A stretch of 64,000 nucleotides of DNA from a virus (taxonomy: Duplodnaviria > Caudoviricetes). Both the position numbers and the translations under genes were made by a program. This document shows positions 1-9,800 of this stretch, piece by piece. Location: the IMG/VR virus record IMGVR_UViG_3300046528_000065, positions 1 through 64,000 of that record. One strand, written 5' to 3'. The notes beneath the pieces were generated by a model. The model was not told the DNA's origin and ran no database searches. It saw nothing but the letters and a program-made list of their open reading frames with translations. Positions within the stretch are counted from its first letter, which is position 1. Each line of letters starts with the position of its first letter.

Positions 1-366
1 CTCATTGTACAGTGTTTTATCGTTTCCTGCAAGCATTTTGTTGATGGACGCCTCCATGTACACTAAACTACGACACGACAGAACAATGTTATGAGCATTA
101 GCCGGGAGCCAACCTTGGGCATGAAGCCAGTCAGCCATTTTCGCAGCCTTAGCTCGATAGTAATTGTGCTCAGGCGTCTTGTGGATGCAGATGCCCTTCG
201 GCATGTCTGGGTTAAGCTCCGCGAAGTATGGGACGCGGAACACGATATCACGTTGCTTGAGCAGGATAGCCCTCACCACGGCTTCGCCTAGTTTGCGGTA
301 GTCTTCATCGGTGGCACGATGGGTTGCGTCCTTAACGGCCTTGGTTGGCTTAAACCTCGCTACCAT
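1..366 (-). CDS. hypothetical protein (3' end outside window)
   Basis: Hand translation MVARFKPTKAVKDATHRATDEDYRKLGEAVV... is open to position 1. Confidence 0.7.
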   Translation of the reverse strand, partial: MVARFKPTKAVKDATHRATDEDYRKLGEAVVRAILLKQRDIVFRVPYFAELNPDMPKGICIHKTPEHNYYRAKAAKMADWLHAQGWLPANAHNIVLSCRSLVYMEASINKMLAGNDKTLYNE

Positions 367-535
367 CTTCTGCGTGCTGCTCGATTGCTGACAAAGCTTC
401 CTCCATAACCTGCCCGTGGTACAGCTTTTCATTACCAATGCTCGGCAAGTACCACACGCGAATGCCTTCAAAGTCAAACACGATTTGGTAGCCTTGCTTC
501 CCGTAGGCTACTAGTTGTTCAGTGAAGATTTCCAT
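350..535 (-). CDS. hypothetical protein
   Basis: ORF track; AAGGAG RBS; tightly packed. Confidence 0.7.
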   Translation of the reverse strand: MEIFTEQLVAYGKQGYQIVFDFEGIRVWYLPSIGNEKLYHGQVMEEALSAIEQHAEDGSEV

Positions 536-608
536 TTAGTTCTCCTTATCATAAGTTATAAGACCAGCAGGAAGCCTCTGATACGCCGTCCCATTCCATG
601 CCCAGTCT

Positions 609-767
609 TCATTGGACGCTATACCATTCCAACTCTTGTGCATCGCTCCAACCGTGATACCAATCGTTGTGTTCGCGTGTCCCTTCTGCGTGTGGGTTGT
701 CATCGATTGTCTTTCCGTTGTCATGTGCGTCAACCCCTTGGAAGTGGATTTCAGTGTTGGGTTTCAT
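609..767 (-). CDS. Rmf-like small protein
   Basis: Hand translation MKPNTEIHFQGVDAHDNGKTIDDNPHAEGTREHNDWYHGWSDAQELEWYSVQ; G-x-x-A...NP...W-x-x-GW pattern. Confidence 0.6.
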   Translation of the reverse strand: MKPNTEIHFQGVDAHDNGKTIDDNPHAEGTREHNDWYHGWSDAQELEWYSVQ

Positions 768-945
768 TGGCGTCCTCTACAAATTTCATCACGTCCTTCA
801 GTCGAGAAGTCATCCTGGCACTGCTCTCCTTGATTTCACCAGCTCCGTGAGGGCTGTACGGGTCGGAGTCGCGCAACACTGCTTCGTGCTGCTGGCAGGC
901 GAAGCCATATTGGATTACTAAGATTTCTAACATTTGTTTGTTCAT
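751..945 (-). CDS. hypothetical protein
   Basis: ORF track; packed downstream of the polymerase. Confidence 0.65.
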   Translation of the reverse strand: MNKQMLEILVIQYGFACQQHEAVLRDSDPYSPHGAGEIKESSARMTSRLKDVMKFVEDANETQH

Positions 946-953
946 AGGGTTCC

Positions 954-3026
954 TTAAGATTCGATAACAAGTTTCTCTGCTTCGCTAACGTAATATTCGT
1001 AATCAATGTCGCCAACGAAGTCATCCATATTGTTACAGGGTTTTACGTTCCAGCTTGAATCGATACTGAGCCTTCGTTCTTCTCCACCAGCTTCAAGCGG
1101 AGGCATAATCTTCACAAGCTTCCCACCGGACTTGCACGGGTAGTAGCGGCAAGTGTTTTGTAGTGCTGTCTCAGTTCCATCTTCTGCAACCAAGACAAGC
1201 CTACTACTACGAGGAACCTTTGTACGGAGCATGAAATCAAACTTCTCTTTGTGCTCCATAACAAATTCACGGATGTCCTTACCGTGCAGCATCTTCGCTT
1301 CAGCAGCCATCGGAATGACCAACGATGAATGATTCTTGTGCCAGCCCAAGTCTTTGTACTCGTAGGCACCCTTGTTCTTCGTCTTACCATCCGTATAGAC
1401 GGCAATATAATTATTAACGTCGCGGATCAACATCTTATCATACTCGGCAAACTCTAGGTCGAGCTTCACTTGTTGCTGCCATACCTTGCAAATCTCATCG
1501 TATTGCTCACGAGTGTCACGCTTAAGTGCAACAGTCACTCCATCAGTGTTTACCTGGATAAGCTTCAAACCTTCGATTGTCAGAAGCTTCTCTGCCAATA
1601 GGCACAAAGAAAGCTGTCCGTTAATCGTAATCTTTATGGTATAGGCCGGATCATAGAACGGACTAAACTGGTTATTCGAGTCACCATACACACCATTCAG
1701 TGCCAGCTTCAGCATCGCATTTTCGGCACTTCCTTTCGGATACGACTTACGCTGTTCGTACACGTCTTGATAAATCGTACAGAACTTTGACGACAAGTGC
1801 TCGGGATATACGTTATTCGAGATTGCAATGTTTGGGTACATCGAACTAACGTCAGCATCAACAATCTGATACGTGCGATTTTGCCTTGCAATTTTACTCG
1901 TCAGACTACCGTGAATACCACCTGTGCCAAAGTCGAAACGGAAGCCATCCAGAACAACGTTTAGCGTCTCCGCAATCTTCCAGCAGGACCAATACGAATA
2001 CTGGACTTCACCCTTCTTCTTGGCCTTCAACTCAACCTTGTCAATCCACCCACAAGGGTGCTCGCGCTTAAATTGGTCGTACTCTGCACGAGTTGGTTCA
2101 GCCTTCATCTTCTTGCGCTTCACAACCATCTCAGCGTACTTAGCAACGTCACCAAGTTTATGTTCTTCGATGTCAGTAAAGACACCCTTCGTTTCGCGGA
2201 TAACTTGTTTGGACAGCCAATCCTTCACAGCGATGAACTCGGGTCGTTGAAAGTCATAGTACGAAAACAAACAGTCCTTGATTCGGATAACATCCCGCTT
2301 AGTCTGATTGATTTTACGCTTTCCGTCAACGATCTTGTAAACTGGAATCCTGGACTCCTCCAACCGCATAATGAAGTAGTCCTTACCAATCTTTGTATCG
2401 TTGTGGTTCATGAAGTCACGACCGTACTTAGCCGTCAATTGCTCTCGAAACTCAACCTGTGGGATGCTGTGATTATAGAATGCGAGCGTCATCTTAACGT
2501 CGTGAGCATTGTACTTCTTAAGGATGTCTGCCTGATCGTTATTCAATTCCATCCCCACAGGAAAAGGCAGGTCTTCCACGTTATGCTCACGCATATTAAA
2601 CTCCAACATTTTCAGACTCGTCATCCTCGCTTTATTGTCAAAGTGATGAATCTTGAATAAGTCGATTTGCTTACAGTAACGCTCGTCCGCTTTTACCGTA
2701 TTTGCAAAGTCACCCTTCATGCTTTCGATCTGCTCCTGGGCAAATCTATAAACTCTTCGAGCAATCGTTTCACCCTTGACAGGGAGCTTTCCATTACGCA
2801 GTGCAAGAAGTTTGTGAAGAACAGGGTAATCGAAGTTGAGATTATTGAACCCAACCATGTAATCATCCTCGGCCTTAATATAATCAAGACACGCGAAAAT
2901 GCGATCTGACTGGTTCATCCTCGCACTCACCTCAAACGTCTGTGAAAACTTTCCATCCTCACGAATCACGCTGAATGTGAAAGTAGACGGGTAGGTTTCG
3001 ATGTCAAAAATCCATTTGCGATTCAT
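954..3026 (-). CDS. family B DNA polymerase with N-terminal 3'-5' exonuclease
   Basis: Exo I FDIETY; motif A DADVSSMYPN; motif B KLALNGVYG; motif C NTDG. Confidence 0.95.
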   Translation of the reverse strand: MNRKWIFDIETYPSTFTFSVIREDGKFSQTFEVSARMNQSDRIFACLDYIKAEDDYMVGFNNLNFDYPVLHKLLALRNGKLPVKGETIARRVYRFAQEQIESMKGDFANTVKADERYCKQIDLFKIHHFDNKARMTSLKMLEFNMREHNVEDLPFPVGMELNNDQADILKKYNAHDVKMTLAFYNHSIPQVEFREQLTAKYGRDFMNHNDTKIGKDYFIMRLEESRIPVYKIVDGKRKINQTKRDVIRIKDCLFSYYDFQRPEFIAVKDWLSKQVIRETKGVFTDIEEHKLGDVAKYAEMVVKRKKMKAEPTRAEYDQFKREHPCGWIDKVELKAKKKGEVQYSYWSCWKIAETLNVVLDGFRFDFGTGGIHGSLTSKIARQNRTYQIVDADVSSMYPNIAISNNVYPEHLSSKFCTIYQDVYEQRKSYPKGSAENAMLKLALNGVYGDSNNQFSPFYDPAYTIKITINGQLSLCLLAEKLLTIEGLKLIQVNTDGVTVALKRDTREQYDEICKVWQQQVKLDLEFAEYDKMLIRDVNNYIAVYTDGKTKNKGAYEYKDLGWHKNHSSLVIPMAAEAKMLHGKDIREFVMEHKEKFDFMLRTKVPRSSRLVLVAEDGTETALQNTCRYYPCKSGGKLVKIMPPLEAGGEERRLSIDSSWNVKPCNNMDDFVGDIDYEYYVSEAEKLVIES

Positions 3027-3600
3027 GCGTCAACCCTTCAACAACAGCTTTACATATTCCGAGAACTTCTTCATCTGTCATTTCTCCTCTCATCAAATTT
3101 ACTTGCCAAAGTACGATTCTCACATTATTCATTGTGTACCCTTTGGTTGAATCCATTCTATCAATGCTCGGCGCGAAAGGATTCTTATCGTACTTCGGAT
3201 GTGTATTGAAGTCGAAAGGTATTCCTGTTATCTCGCAAACACCTTTTAAAAGCCTATCTTCGATCCAATCTGCGGTGATGTCGAATTCGTTATACTGAGA
3301 AGATCGTCTTTCAGCACTCTTGAATAAAGTTTTTGCACGTCCACGAATACTTCCGTAGAACTTTTCGCTGCGCCGAGCAGCGGCCTCAACTTTGTCAGGA
3401 TCACTCATGTACTGCTTTTGTCGCAGCTTACGCTTCGTTTTGTACTCTGGATTTTCAGCGTATCTTACACGATTAATTTCTTTTGTGCACGACTTACATT
3501 TAGAGTCTCTCCGTTCAACACCATCTTTTGTGGATATTACGTAGAACTCTTCTGAACACAACTCTTTACCACACGTCCTACAAACTTTTGTTTCACACAT
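3004..3600 (-). CDS. free-standing HNH/beta-beta-alpha-Me homing-type endonuclease with Zn ribbons
   Basis: CRTC...CKSC; CEITG; SIDRMDSTKGYTMNNVRIV...VN. Confidence 0.75.
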   Translation of the reverse strand: MCETKVCRTCGKELCSEEFYVISTKDGVERRDSKCKSCTKEINRVRYAENPEYKTKRKLRQKQYMSDPDKVEAAARRSEKFYGSIRGRAKTLFKSAERRSSQYNEFDITADWIEDRLLKGVCEITGIPFDFNTHPKYDKNPFAPSIDRMDSTKGYTMNNVRIVLWQVNLMRGEMTDEEVLGICKAVVEGLTHESQMDF

Positions 3601-3680
3601 TTAGTCATATCTTTCACCCTCCTATTGGTTAATAAATATTGTTCCGTATTATCCAGCAATACCAGCCGCAATAAAGCCCA

Positions 3681-3854
3681 TTAGCATAGGCCAAGCAATC
3701 GCAACAGCCACCCTACGTCATGATCCCAAGGAATACTCGTCAGAACGTGTCCTGTGAAGAACAGCCAGATTCCATCTACGAGCAGCAATACCCAAGGCCC
3801 GAAGGTGAAAACTACCAGGAGTGCTACGCCAATGCTACGCAGTGCGTTAGCCAT
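3681..3854 (-). CDS. small membrane protein
   Basis: Hydrophobic stretches; GGAGGG RBS before MANAL. Confidence 0.55.
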   Translation of the reverse strand: MANALRSIGVALLVVFTFGPWVLLLVDGIWLFFTGHVLTSIPWDHDVGWLLRLLGLC

Positions 3855-4168
3855 CAGCAATCCCTCCAAAGTTCCTTATACTCCACTTCCACCATACCGT
3901 GCAGCTTCTGAAACAACTCCTCTGGCGAGATGGCCTGAAATTCTTGATAAGCTTTCCATTCAAAGCTTTCTTGGCAGTTTGGCGTGCGGGAGTAGTCGTA
4001 GCCAATCTCAGTATTGAACGTATCCCGCACCTTAATTAACTCTGCCCGCCAATCTTTATAAAACTGATCCCACTCTTTCTCGTCAACATCATGATCACAC
4101 AGATACATGCCGCGAACTCCGTAATCCGAATAGCTACCCTGCGAAAACATAAAGAAATGTTGCTTCAT
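3854..4168 (-). CDS. hypothetical protein
   Basis: ORF track; ATGA overlap with upstream gene. Confidence 0.75.
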   Translation of the reverse strand: MKQHFFMFSQGSYSDYGVRGMYLCDHDVDEKEWDQFYKDWRAELIKVRDTFNTEIGYDYSRTPNCQESFEWKAYQEFQAISPEELFQKLHGMVEVEYKELWRDC

Positions 4169-4551
4169 TTTGCTTCCTCCAGCTTCGCCAGAAATTCCTC
4201 ACCACTTCCCGTCCAAACATAACCCTCATCCTGTGCAGAAGCGGCCTGTTGCAGCCAGAAAGTGTCCTCAACAGAGGAGAACGACTCAATCGCCTGCGCA
4301 TGCCCCAACATCAGCTTCAGCGCCTTCTGAGCATTTTCGAGATTTGCAATCTTCACTTTCAGCTTGCGAATATATGGCGTGTAGACGGCTGCTTGTCCTT
4401 CGTAATGGGCTTTGACGCTCTCGGATACAGCAATGTCCACCATACGATTGAATGACTGGCGCGCTGCCCTCAGAGTGCGATATTCCGAGTAGAGCTTGGT
4501 GAGGACGCCCGCTTGGGATTTCAACACTTGCTGGATTTGTGATGCTTTCAT
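4165..4551 (-). CDS. hypothetical coiled-coil protein
   Basis: Start moved to MKASQIQQ (AAAGGA RBS, ATGA overlap). Confidence 0.7.
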   Translation of the reverse strand: MKASQIQQVLKSQAGVLTKLYSEYRTLRAARQSFNRMVDIAVSESVKAHYEGQAAVYTPYIRKLKVKIANLENAQKALKLMLGHAQAIESFSSVEDTFWLQQAASAQDEGYVWTGSGEEFLAKLEEAK

Positions 4552-4820
4552 TCGATTTCCTTTGCATGGCGTCGTTTCATTCCTGCACTTTTCTTCGTGA
4601 ATACGTACTTCGCGGTTGAGTAATGCCCTTGGCAATAGCCAAAATACTCGTCCCCACGAGGCCACGCGAATTCTGTGTGGGTCAGGTCGATATAACAAAC
4701 GCCAGTTTTACGCTTCACACCGTAGCTGGCGTTATCAAACTTAACAATCTTGTACCAATCGTTCTCAAGCATCTCTGGCGGACCACTCTTGAATTTCTCT
4801 TTTAGCCAATTGAGCATCAC
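4548..4820 (-). CDS. hypothetical protein
   Basis: ORF track; AGGAGG RBS. Confidence 0.7.
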   Translation of the reverse strand: MMLNWLKEKFKSGPPEMLENDWYKIVKFDNASYGVKRKTGVCYIDLTHTEFAWPRGDEYFGYCQGHYSTAKYVFTKKSAGMKRRHAKEIE

Positions 4821-5206
4821 CCCACCTCCTTACGGCCATTCGTCAAAACAATTTCACCACGCTTCGGAAGAAACTCCTTCCAGGTTGGCACCCAAGGCCC
4901 TCTGAACGACAACACCCATGTGTGCTTAGCCATGCCGAATACGCGATGGAAGCGTTCCCGAGCGGTGAATACAGGCTTAATCGACGCAGCCAATTTGATT
5001 TCCTCGCCAGTGTCTTTCAGCACTTCTTTGAGTTCGCCTTTAACTACCCACGAGATAGCATTGAAAGCGTGCGTGTGGTGAGCTTCACGGCTACCTTCAT
5101 CGAAGCGTAGCAGAACGATGCTGCCGAACTTCTTGGACTCGAATAGCCAGTATCCGTGTACTTTGGATTCTTTGCCGCCGTCTTTACCTTTGTAGAAAAG
5201 CTTCAT
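4817..5206 (-). CDS. cupin-like protein
   Basis: HHTHAFNAISWVVKGELKE and FHRV...WVLSFRGP resemble cupin motifs 1 and 2. Confidence 0.6.
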   Translation of the reverse strand: MKLFYKGKDGGKESKVHGYWLFESKKFGSIVLLRFDEGSREAHHTHAFNAISWVVKGELKEVLKDTGEEIKLAASIKPVFTARERFHRVFGMAKHTWVLSFRGPWVPTWKEFLPKRGEIVLTNGRKEVG

Positions 5207-5215
5207 TATCTCCCC

Positions 5216-5413
5216 TTAACGGTTATACCAAACAACATGGGTAGCCCACTCAGGGCGCTGATCTTTCCAGACATTTGAGTCAACATCTTCGGTTGTCTCC
5301 GTAGCCCAAGTCCCATCGCCATCGTAGGGAATGAAGGCACCGCACTGCACATTAGCTGCAAATTCCTCTGCCAGCATCAAATCACCAAACTCCGGTATAG
5401 GTTCCATTCTCAT
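5216..5413 (-). CDS. hypothetical acidic protein
   Basis: Start moved to MRMEPIP after GGAGGG. Confidence 0.65.
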   Translation of the reverse strand: MRMEPIPEFGDLMLAEEFAANVQCGAFIPYDGDGTWATETTEDVDSNVWKDQRPEWATHVVWYNR

Positions 5414-5505
5414 ATCAATCCCTCCATCTAGTAAGTGCACATATGGTTATGAAACCTGCCAAATACCCCGTAGCAAAGCCCGCAATGCCAATCACTAGGG
5501 TCCAT

Positions 5506-6249
5506 TCAATACACGTCATAATTATCCTGCAAGCGACTATTGTGCTCTGCAAATTCCTCGATCCACTCCACAGGCACCTTGTTGCCAGCTTCAACAGTCT
5601 TGAGGAAGCACTCTGCCAAATACTTCATGCGCGGTGCTTCGTACATTTGGCGCGAGAGGAATGGCGCGGGTTCTTCCACATGTCCCGTAATGGTAATCTT
5701 GGAAGAGTTAATTGTCCCGCTAAATGTGACAGGCTGCTTAAAATAATCTACCGGGACAAGTTGCCCGCTGTACAGGAAGCACTCTTCGTAGTCACCCTCT
5801 GTGGAGTCAGTGTAAGACGTGCCGATTAGCCCAGTGTGGTTCCCATAAATCCATACTGCTCGGCCAAGCTCTGCTGCCGCATGTCGTGCGTGTTCATCGT
5901 AAAACTCATAGCCCATCTTCTCCAGGGCAGCGACGATGTCTTTTGCAGGCGCTCCACTTGTGACGCGCACTTTGATGTTTTTGAGCGGGGGCTTCGCGGC
6001 CATTTGCTCGGCTGTGAGGAATTCGCCGTTGTGCAGGAAATGTTCAGGATTCGCGTGGGCTTTGAAGTAGCCCTCCGTCGAGCAGACTGTCACGTATTTG
6101 TCGTCGCTGCGCGTGAAGAATGCAGGGGTCGTGTCATACTCCTTCCCATGGCTATAAAACTTATACCCTGCCGCATCCAGTGCTTTGTAGACAGCTTCAC
6201 GGTTTGCTGCGTTCACAGCGATCTTCATAGATTTGTACGTTTTGCTCAT
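5506..6249 (-). CDS. hypothetical protein
   Basis: 247-aa ORF with AGGAG RBS and an upstream promoter. Confidence 0.8.
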   Translation of the reverse strand: MSKTYKSMKIAVNAANREAVYKALDAAGYKFYSHGKEYDTTPAFFTRSDDKYVTVCSTEGYFKAHANPEHFLHNGEFLTAEQMAAKPPLKNIKVRVTSGAPAKDIVAALEKMGYEFYDEHARHAAAELGRAVWIYGNHTGLIGTSYTDSTEGDYEECFLYSGQLVPVDYFKQPVTFSGTINSSKITITGHVEEPAPFLSRQMYEAPRMKYLAECFLKTVEAGNKVPVEWIEEFAEHNSRLQDNYDVY

Positions 6250-6340
6250 GAGTTCTCCTGTTAAATTTGTTATGCAGCCGCTTCGCTGCTTCCTTGTGGG
6301 CAGCGCCGGAAGGCGCTGCTGATGTGACGCGATGGAGAAG

Positions 6341-6369
6341 ATTCTACGGGAGATTGTTGGGGCTGTAAA
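6341..6369 (-). promoter_or_regulatory. sigma70-like promoter
   Basis: TTTACA-N17-TAGAAT on the minus strand. Confidence 0.6.
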
Positions 6370-6385
6370 GGTATTTTAATGATTG

Positions 6386-8104
6386 TTAGAAAGAGTGCCC
6401 GCCTTTCGCCACCTCCGCATAATCAGCAAGACGCTCTACGCTGCTCTCCAAGAACCCTTCCGGTGGTTCCATGTAGTTGCCCGTCTCTTGGTCGTAGAAC
6501 ACCTTGAAATATCCACTACGCCCATACTTGCGATCTTCCAGCAGAACAATCGTAGAAGTGTTACGCTCCTTATGAGTGATATCAGGGTCTTTGTTACGCT
6601 CGATGCCCCACATGTAGTACGTACTTCGCATCATGGCGCGACTGCCCGTGAACTGGTGACTCTGCACCTTGCCTCCGCGCTCGTGTGCAGGACCACTATC
6701 AGGTGCTTTCAAGTGGCAGAAGCAATAGTAGACGAAGCCGAGGTCTTTAGCCATCTTACTAAGCTCGTCAGCGAACTTCTCCAGGGCAGTGTTAGCTTCT
6801 GATGCAGTGAGGCCCTGGACCATGCGGGAAATTGGGTCAAGTACAATATCGGTTACACCTTCCACAAGAACAGCATGGCGGATAGCACCCTTGACCACGT
6901 CCCACGAACAAGCTCCGTAATTGTTGTAGTAGATAACATTGTCACCCACAGCATCTACTGCCTTGGTAAGCGTCTCTTGGTCGAAGTAGCCTCGCGTGGT
7001 GTCATAAATCTCAACGCCGTAAATGTCACGCAGCACCCCGTCATCATCAACGAAGATAACCTTCTCTGGATTGGTGAAGTCCTTGCCGAACATCTTGCCT
7101 GCAACCTTCTTACAGGTGATTTCCGGTTCTTCCTCGAACTTGAAGAGTGCAATGCGGCCACCTTCCTCCTTGATGATGAATTCACTGAGCTGATTCACGA
7201 ATTCTGACTTGCCGATCTTAACGCCAGCGCCAATATAATGACCTTCGCCAAGACGCCTACCGAGGCTCAGTTTGGTCATAGACGGCCACGGCCAGGGCTT
7301 GCCCAACTTTGGAAGCTCGGACGCCTTTGTTGAGAATGATTCGTATTTGACGAAGCCATCCGGCGTATATTGCTTTGGCTTCATGACACACCAGTAGAGC
7401 TGTTCAGCCATACCGTCACGAATCATGTCCACAGGGTCATACTCATCAGGGAAGTCAGCGACGAGAATATCCGGCATCAAACTGTAAACTGCTGCCGTCG
7501 CGTCACGGCCCTTCATAATCTTCTGCTTCTCGCGTTCTTCTTGTGTGGCCTTATCCGCGTCAAATGCCAGGATGCGTTCAGTGTACTTCGACAGGTATGC
7601 TTGGTTCTGCTTCTGTCCAAGATTTTGCACCGCGTTAGCAGTCCCGCTAGAAATGCTAACCACGTTAGGATTCGCTTGAGGATATTTATCTTTCATTACG
7701 GTCCAGGTGGCAGCAGCGTCATACTCGCCTTCTGTCACAACGATCTTCTTGCCCCCTGTCTTGTTGGCACAGTGCATACCGAATAGGTCGCACTTAGGAG
7801 ATTGGAATCCAATAACCGAGAAGTGACCACCAGCCATCTTGGGGATTAAAAGATCACGCTTTTTATAGCCAACCAGTTCGCCATCGTAGTGATATGGGAA
7901 GTAATGTGCGATAGGCGTCTTTCCATCCTTGGGACTCAAGGCAGTCTTAATTCCATAGTGCTCGGCTGCGGCCTTGGAGATAAACCGTTCAGGAATTGCA
8001 AGCGTGGGATAATTAGCCACGTCTTCCATTTTCTCTGGTGGCTCGTACCCACTCGTAGTTCGTTTTGTTGCTGTCATATTCTTTTCACCCTCCCAATAGC
8101 CCAT
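6386..8104 (-). CDS. DNA primase (Toprim)-helicase, T7 gp4-like, no N-terminal Zn-binding domain
   Basis: Toprim TEGEYDAAA and FDAD...DPVD; Walker A GAGVKIGKS; LDPIS; HLK; FTGSR. Start may be 8077. Confidence 0.9.
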   Translation of the reverse strand: MGYWEGEKNMTATKRTTSGYEPPEKMEDVANYPTLAIPERFISKAAAEHYGIKTALSPKDGKTPIAHYFPYHYDGELVGYKKRDLLIPKMAGGHFSVIGFQSPKCDLFGMHCANKTGGKKIVVTEGEYDAAATWTVMKDKYPQANPNVVSISSGTANAVQNLGQKQNQAYLSKYTERILAFDADKATQEEREKQKIMKGRDATAAVYSLMPDILVADFPDEYDPVDMIRDGMAEQLYWCVMKPKQYTPDGFVKYESFSTKASELPKLGKPWPWPSMTKLSLGRRLGEGHYIGAGVKIGKSEFVNQLSEFIIKEEGGRIALFKFEEEPEITCKKVAGKMFGKDFTNPEKVIFVDDDGVLRDIYGVEIYDTTRGYFDQETLTKAVDAVGDNVIYYNNYGACSWDVVKGAIRHAVLVEGVTDIVLDPISRMVQGLTASEANTALEKFADELSKMAKDLGFVYYCFCHLKAPDSGPAHERGGKVQSHQFTGSRAMMRSTYYMWGIERNKDPDITHKERNTSTIVLLEDRKYGRSGYFKVFYDQETGNYMEPPEGFLESSVERLADYAEVAKGGHSF

Positions 8105-8286
8105 CAGCCCTCCACAATCTCACAAGCAATATCCAGCGCAGATAACAACTCAAGAATCTCCTGCGCCACATGCGCCACCTGCCCTTGATTCAGCAGACTA
8201 AACTCGGCAATAACGACATCTTCACACTGCCAAGTTTTCGTCACATAAACTTCTCTCGACTCGTATGTTTTGACGATCTTAATCAT
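8104..8286 (-). CDS. hypothetical protein
   Basis: ORF track; coupled overlaps. Confidence 0.65.
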   Translation of the reverse strand: MIKIVKTYESREVYVTKTWQCEDVVIAEFSLLNQGQVAHVAQEILELLSALDIACEIVEG

Positions 8287-8657
8287 GCCGCCGACGCCTC
8301 AAACGCTGTCTGTTTCTCGGACAGAAATTCATCAATCATCCTATCCAAAAACTCCTGCCTAGCCACCTGCCCTTCCTCGAAGGAATATGTGCGATTGTCC
8401 CGGCATTCCAAGTAGCTCACGTAACTGAACGAGTATCCAATGTGATCCTGAATCTTATCGTTGATAGCGTCAACTTCACGATCAACCATGAAATACTCTT
8501 GGGATTCACCCGTCGATACAACGTGCGAAAGCGTATCGCAAATAAACTCAGAGTCGCTCTTATCATTATCACTGTACAGATCATCCTCCGTCATCGGCAG
8601 CACCCTCTTAATCTCCTTAAGGATGCTAACAACCGCCTCCACATTGTATTCAGCCAT
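8283..8657 (-). CDS. hypothetical acidic protein
   Basis: ORF track; GGGGAGG RBS. Confidence 0.75.
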   Translation of the reverse strand: MAEYNVEAVVSILKEIKRVLPMTEDDLYSDNDKSDSEFICDTLSHVVSTGESQEYFMVDREVDAINDKIQDHIGYSFSYVSYLECRDNRTYSFEEGQVARQEFLDRMIDEFLSEKQTAFEASAA

Positions 8658-8877
8658 ACTTCCTCCCCAGGATTATCAACGAACTAGGAGCACCATTGAA
8701 TAGCACTTGCATACCGCTATAATACGTCACCAAACTCTGCATCTCCATATCAAGCTGCATGCTATCCCGTAGCCCTAAGAAGACGACATCGGGCTTTGTG
8801 CTATGTTGTGCTATCCAGTCTGCCAGGGCGGCATCTATGCGTTGCCGTGTGGAGGGTTTGTTCATGTCATTCTCCAT
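8650..8877 (-). CDS. hypothetical protein
   Basis: ORF track; packed. Confidence 0.65.
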   Translation of the reverse strand: MENDMNKPSTRQRIDAALADWIAQHSTKPDVVFLGLRDSMQLDMEMQSLVTYYSGMQVLFNGAPSSLIILGRKYG

Positions 8878-9484
8878 AAGATTTCAGCGACTCTTGTAAT
8901 TGCACCACCCACTCGTTGCGCTGAGTGACACGGGCAAATTCCTTTGCAGATTGCCCTGCGTAGTACGACACATCCTTCAGCGCCTTGCCAAGTTTGTTTG
9001 CAGCGAACGCCCGAGCCTCATCGTCCGTGCACTTCGTAGGCACCTTTGCATCTTCCTCGTAATACGATGTGTCATGGTCGCTGGCACACATGCTAAGCTG
9101 GTCAAGCATGAATGTCTTAAGACTCTTGTGCTCGCCCGTTGGAGCAATCCAATCTTCTACCTTGCGCGCCATTTGCTCGTACCTCGCCTTGACGACGTTC
9201 ATCTCAGCGATGCGCTCAACAGCACGGTCATGGCACTCAAAACGTTCCTTGTTACACATCACCCGTGCATCTTCCAACGAAATCGTCTTGAGCATTTCCA
9301 CTTGCTGCTGTGCTTCGGCAAGGCGCTCTGCGTAGAATGGACTTACAACATCTGGCTTGTATGGGGCGTCAATCTTTTCGTCACGCATGTGCACGAATGC
9401 TCCGAAGGCCCTTGCACAGCGCATTGCAAACTCTGGGAAGGTTGTGTCTCGTTCAGTGAGAACGTGTGTGTAACCTGTTGGCAT
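8867..9484 (-). CDS. conserved phage hypothetical protein
   Basis: MPTGYT...TFPEFAMRCARAFGA N-terminus resembles a phage family I recall (not searched). Confidence 0.8.
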   Translation of the reverse strand: MPTGYTHVLTERDTTFPEFAMRCARAFGAFVHMRDEKIDAPYKPDVVSPFYAERLAEAQQQVEMLKTISLEDARVMCNKERFECHDRAVERIAEMNVVKARYEQMARKVEDWIAPTGEHKSLKTFMLDQLSMCASDHDTSYYEEDAKVPTKCTDDEARAFAANKLGKALKDVSYYAGQSAKEFARVTQRNEWVVQLQESLKSYGE

Positions 9485-9493
9485 GTCAGCCCC

Positions 9494-9790
9494 TTAGAAA
9501 GAATTAACCCGCGTAGCCAAATAAGCAGCGAATCGCGTCATAAGCGTATGCGTGACAACATTCCAATGTTCCTCTGGATTCGGCACAGTTTTACGTGCAA
9601 GCGCGCCTGGAAGCACGTCAATCAGGCTGTGCAGCGATTCCAGTTCCTTCTTGGCCTCGTCAGCGTTCTTGCTGTACATATCCTTCATAGAATTTGCTTG
9701 TGCCAAATCTTTCGTCAACTTTGCGGCTTGATCGGTGAGGGATGCTACGTCGCGCTTCAGGGATGTTACCGTTGGTTTCTTCATGGTCAT
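9494..9790 (-). CDS. hypothetical coiled-coil protein
   Basis: Start moved after AAGGAG RBS. Confidence 0.7.
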   Translation of the reverse strand: MTMKKPTVTSLKRDVASLTDQAAKLTKDLAQANSMKDMYSKNADEAKKELESLHSLIDVLPGALARKTVPNPEEHWNVVTHTLMTRFAAYLATRVNSF

Positions 9791-9800
9791 TTTGTTCTCC

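Noticed and set aside
954-3026. Intein or intron in the DNA polymerase or terminase
   Set aside because: Both ORFs are continuous, of normal length, and lack intein splice motifs.
3648-3720. Possible frameshift in the small membrane ORF (another frame continues with a hydrophobic helix)
   Set aside because: A single ambiguous observation that needs homologues or reads.
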